A DNA stretch of 64,000 nucleotides from an uncultured Verrucomicrobiae bacterium (GTDB taxonomy: Bacteria > Verrucomicrobiota > Verrucomicrobiia > Chthoniobacterales > Chthoniobacteraceae), in contig CAVYKI010000004.1 in the NCBI GenBank assembly GCA_963769025.1, positions 64,001-128,000 of the forward strand, given 5' to 3'. Shown piece by piece: positions 62,154-64,000 of this stretch. The position numbers and the translations under genes were made by a program. The notes beneath the pieces were generated by a model. That model made no database searches and was not told the origin of the DNA. It worked only from the letters and a program-made list of their open reading frames with translations. How positions within the stretch are numbered: the stretch's first letter is position 1; each line of letters starts with the position of its first letter.

Positions 62154-63165
62154 CCTCGATGCGTCCTCGCGCCCAATGCGCGTGCTCGGCGATGAGCGGG
62201 TCGGGATCCTGTGCGGCGCATTCGAGCGCGGGCAGGTCGTCCGCGGTGCCGGTGTTGCCGAGCGCGACGCACACATTGCGGAGGAAGCGCGCGCGCTTGA
62301 TGCGCTTGATGGGCGAGCCGCGGAAGAGCGTGCGGAACGCCTCGTCGTCGAGCGCGAGGAAATCGCGCAGGAGCATCCCGACAAACTCCCGCGCGGCAAA
62401 GCGCGCCTCGTGGGATTCCTGCGCAAAGCGGTTCCACGGGCACGCGTCGAGGCAGTCGTCGCAGCCGTAGATGCGGTCGCCGAGCAGCGGGCGGAGATGC
62501 TCGGGGATGGGGCCCTTGTTTTCGATGGTGAGGTAGGAAATGCAGAGGCGCGCATCGAGCTTCTGCGGCGCGGTGATCGCGCCGGTGGGGCAGGCGGTGA
62601 TGCAGCGGGTGCATTTGCCGCAATGGTCGTGGGACGGCTCGTCCGGCGGGAATTCGATCGTCGTGAGGATCGTCGCGAGGAAGAGCCACGTCCCGAGCTT
62701 CGGGTGGATGAGCATCGTGCTCTTGCCATGCCAGCCCGCGCCGGCGCGCGCGGCAAAGTCGCGTTCGAGGACCGGGCCGGTGTCCACGTATTGCCGCTGC
62801 CTGCCGCCGTGAGTCTGGAGCCATGCATCGAGCTCCCACAGGCGCGGCTCGATGATGTCGTGGTAGTCGTCTCCCCAAGCGTAGCGCGCGATCCGGCCGG
62901 CGGCGGAGTGCGGCGCGAGGTCGCGCTGCCAGTAGTTCATTCCGAGCACGATGATGCTGCGCACGCCGGGCAGGACGAGTTGCGGGTCGGTACGGCGGTC
63001 TGCGTTTCGCGCGAGCCACGCCATGTCGCCGTGTTTTTCCTCGCCGAGCCATTCGCGAAACTCCGCAGCGTGCGGCGGCTTTTCCGCGGAAGCCACGCGG
63101 CACACGTCGAATCCCCGCGAGCGTGCCTCCGCGAGGAGTGCCGTCTTCAAATCCGTCGCGTTCAT
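62116..63165 (-). CDS. queG: Epoxyqueuosine reductase
   Basis: 'ARYAWGDDYH', 'DTGPVLER', 'CGKCTRCITACPTGA', 'CISYLTIE', 'GCDDCLDACPWN'. Confidence 0.96.
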   Translation of the reverse strand: MNATDLKTALLAEARSRGFDVCRVASAEKPPHAAEFREWLGEEKHGDMAWLARNADRRTDPQLVLPGVRSIIVLGMNYWQRDLAPHSAAGRIARYAWGDDYHDIIEPRLWELDAWLQTHGGRQRQYVDTGPVLERDFAARAGAGWHGKSTMLIHPKLGTWLFLATILTTIEFPPDEPSHDHCGKCTRCITACPTGAITAPQKLDARLCISYLTIENKGPIPEHLRPLLGDRIYGCDDCLDACPWNRFAQESHEARFAAREFVGMLLRDFLALDDEAFRTLFRGSPIKRIKRARFLRNVCVALGNTGTADDLPALECAAQDPDPLIAEHAHWARGRIEGRALSPKAPTTA

Positions 63166-63171
63166 CGGCCT

Positions 63172-63738
63172 TCAGGTCCGTGTGGGCTTCGGCCAGCGGA
63201 AGACGTTGCACGCCTCGTCCACGATTTTCGCGGTCACGTCCTCGTGGCGCAGCCGGGTGCTGTCCACTTGGAAATGCGCCACGCTTTCGTAAAGCGGCTG
63301 GCGTTCGGCCATCATGTCCAGCACGCGCTTGCGCGGATCCTCGACCTGCAGCAGCGGGCGTTCGGAATTTCGCGAAACGCGGCGGTAGATTTCCTCCGGG
63401 TCGGCCTTGAGCAGCACGACTAGTCCGAGCGCGCGCAGCAGCGGGATGTTCCCTGGCACGGTCACGATTCCGCCGCCGGTCGCGAGGATGTGCCCCTGCA
63501 AACCGCGCACGGAATCAAGCGCCGCCGTTTCGCATTCGCGAAAATGCGCTTCGCCGCGCTGCGCGAAAATCTCGGGGATGGTCATGCCTTCGCGTTCCTC
63601 GACGAGCTTGTCCGTGTCGAGAAACCGGAACCGGAGTTGCCGAGCCAGCATGCGGCCGACGGTGGACTTGCCGCTGCCCATGAATCCGACGAGGACAATA
63701 TTCTCCGGCAAATCCGGGTTGTTCGTTGCGTCGGTCAT
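63172..63738 (-). CDS. aroK: Shikimate kinase
   Basis: 'LVGFMGSGKSTVG', 'GEAHFR', 'ATGGG', 'RPLL'. Confidence 0.95.
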   Translation of the reverse strand: MTDATNNPDLPENIVLVGFMGSGKSTVGRMLARQLRFRFLDTDKLVEEREGMTIPEIFAQRGEAHFRECETAALDSVRGLQGHILATGGGIVTVPGNIPLLRALGLVVLLKADPEEIYRRVSRNSERPLLQVEDPRKRVLDMMAERQPLYESVAHFQVDSTRLRHEDVTAKIVDEACNVFRWPKPTRT

Positions 63739-63842
63739 CCGCGCAACATTCCGCGAGGCGCGCCGGGTGACTAGGGGAAAGTGAGCGCCCTGCCTGATGT
63801 ATGCGGTCCTGATGGCGGAAGCGGGGCATGCGAACATGGGAT

Positions 63843-63871
63843 TTGAGAAACACGCGCGCATTTGCGATAAT
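63843..63871 (+). promoter_or_regulatory. Putative sigma70 promoter, probably giving a leaderless mRNA
   Basis: TTGAGA-N17-GATAAT with TG extension; ATG starts 7 nt after the -10. Confidence 0.5.
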
Positions 63872-63877
63872 GTGCGC

Positions 63878-64000
63878 ATGGGATCTCCAAAGCGCATTCT
63901 CGGCGTCGAAGGCGGCGGCACCAAGACCGAGTGGATGCTGCTTTCCGGGGAGGCCGACGAACACCGGATCCTGGACGAAGGCAAGCTGCCGGGCTCGAAC
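63878..64000 (+). CDS. BadF/BadG/BcrA/BcrD (GlcNAc-kinase-like) ATPase, 3'-partial
   Basis: 'ILGVEGGGTKT...LPGSN'. Confidence 0.75.
   Translation, partial: MGSPKRILGVEGGGTKTEWMLLSGEADEHRILDEGKLPGSN

Overview
GC-rich bacterial chromosome segment, probably Verrucomicrobiota (inferred from gene repertoire and repeat styles, not proven). It holds about 60 mostly housekeeping or metabolic genes: a rex-ogg-comB-tonB-exbBD run, secDF-yajC, tRNA-Ser(GCT), a MoxR/VWA plus Fe3+-type ABC run, queG and aroK. Six genes carry 1-bp frameshifts that look like long-read assembly errors. Two loci stand out. (1) At 43.8-46.9 kb there is an integrase-less integron-type cassette array with an attI-like site and two minus-strand cassettes sharing conserved leaders and trailers. 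One 58-nt attC is split at a CTG core by a 1680-bp IS110/IS1111-family element, whose 436-nt right non-coding end folds into a large stem/internal loop carrying a 9-nt match to the attC target, as expected for a bridge/seekRNA. A second IS110 remnant abuts the next, truncated attC. (2) At 7.9-13.1 kb a secreted S9B dipeptidyl-peptidase carries an inserted pVHL-like beta-domain that retains the hydroxyproline-pocket residues, upstream of 4-hydroxyproline epimerase and D-amino acid (D-Hyp) dehydrogenase genes. This suggests an undescribed system for capturing and catabolising hydroxyproline-containing peptides. Also present are two candidate nucleoid/silencer proteins, an orphan FlhG-ExeA-zinc-ribbon module and three REP-like repeat families. 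All calls come from reading the sequence; no database searches were run.
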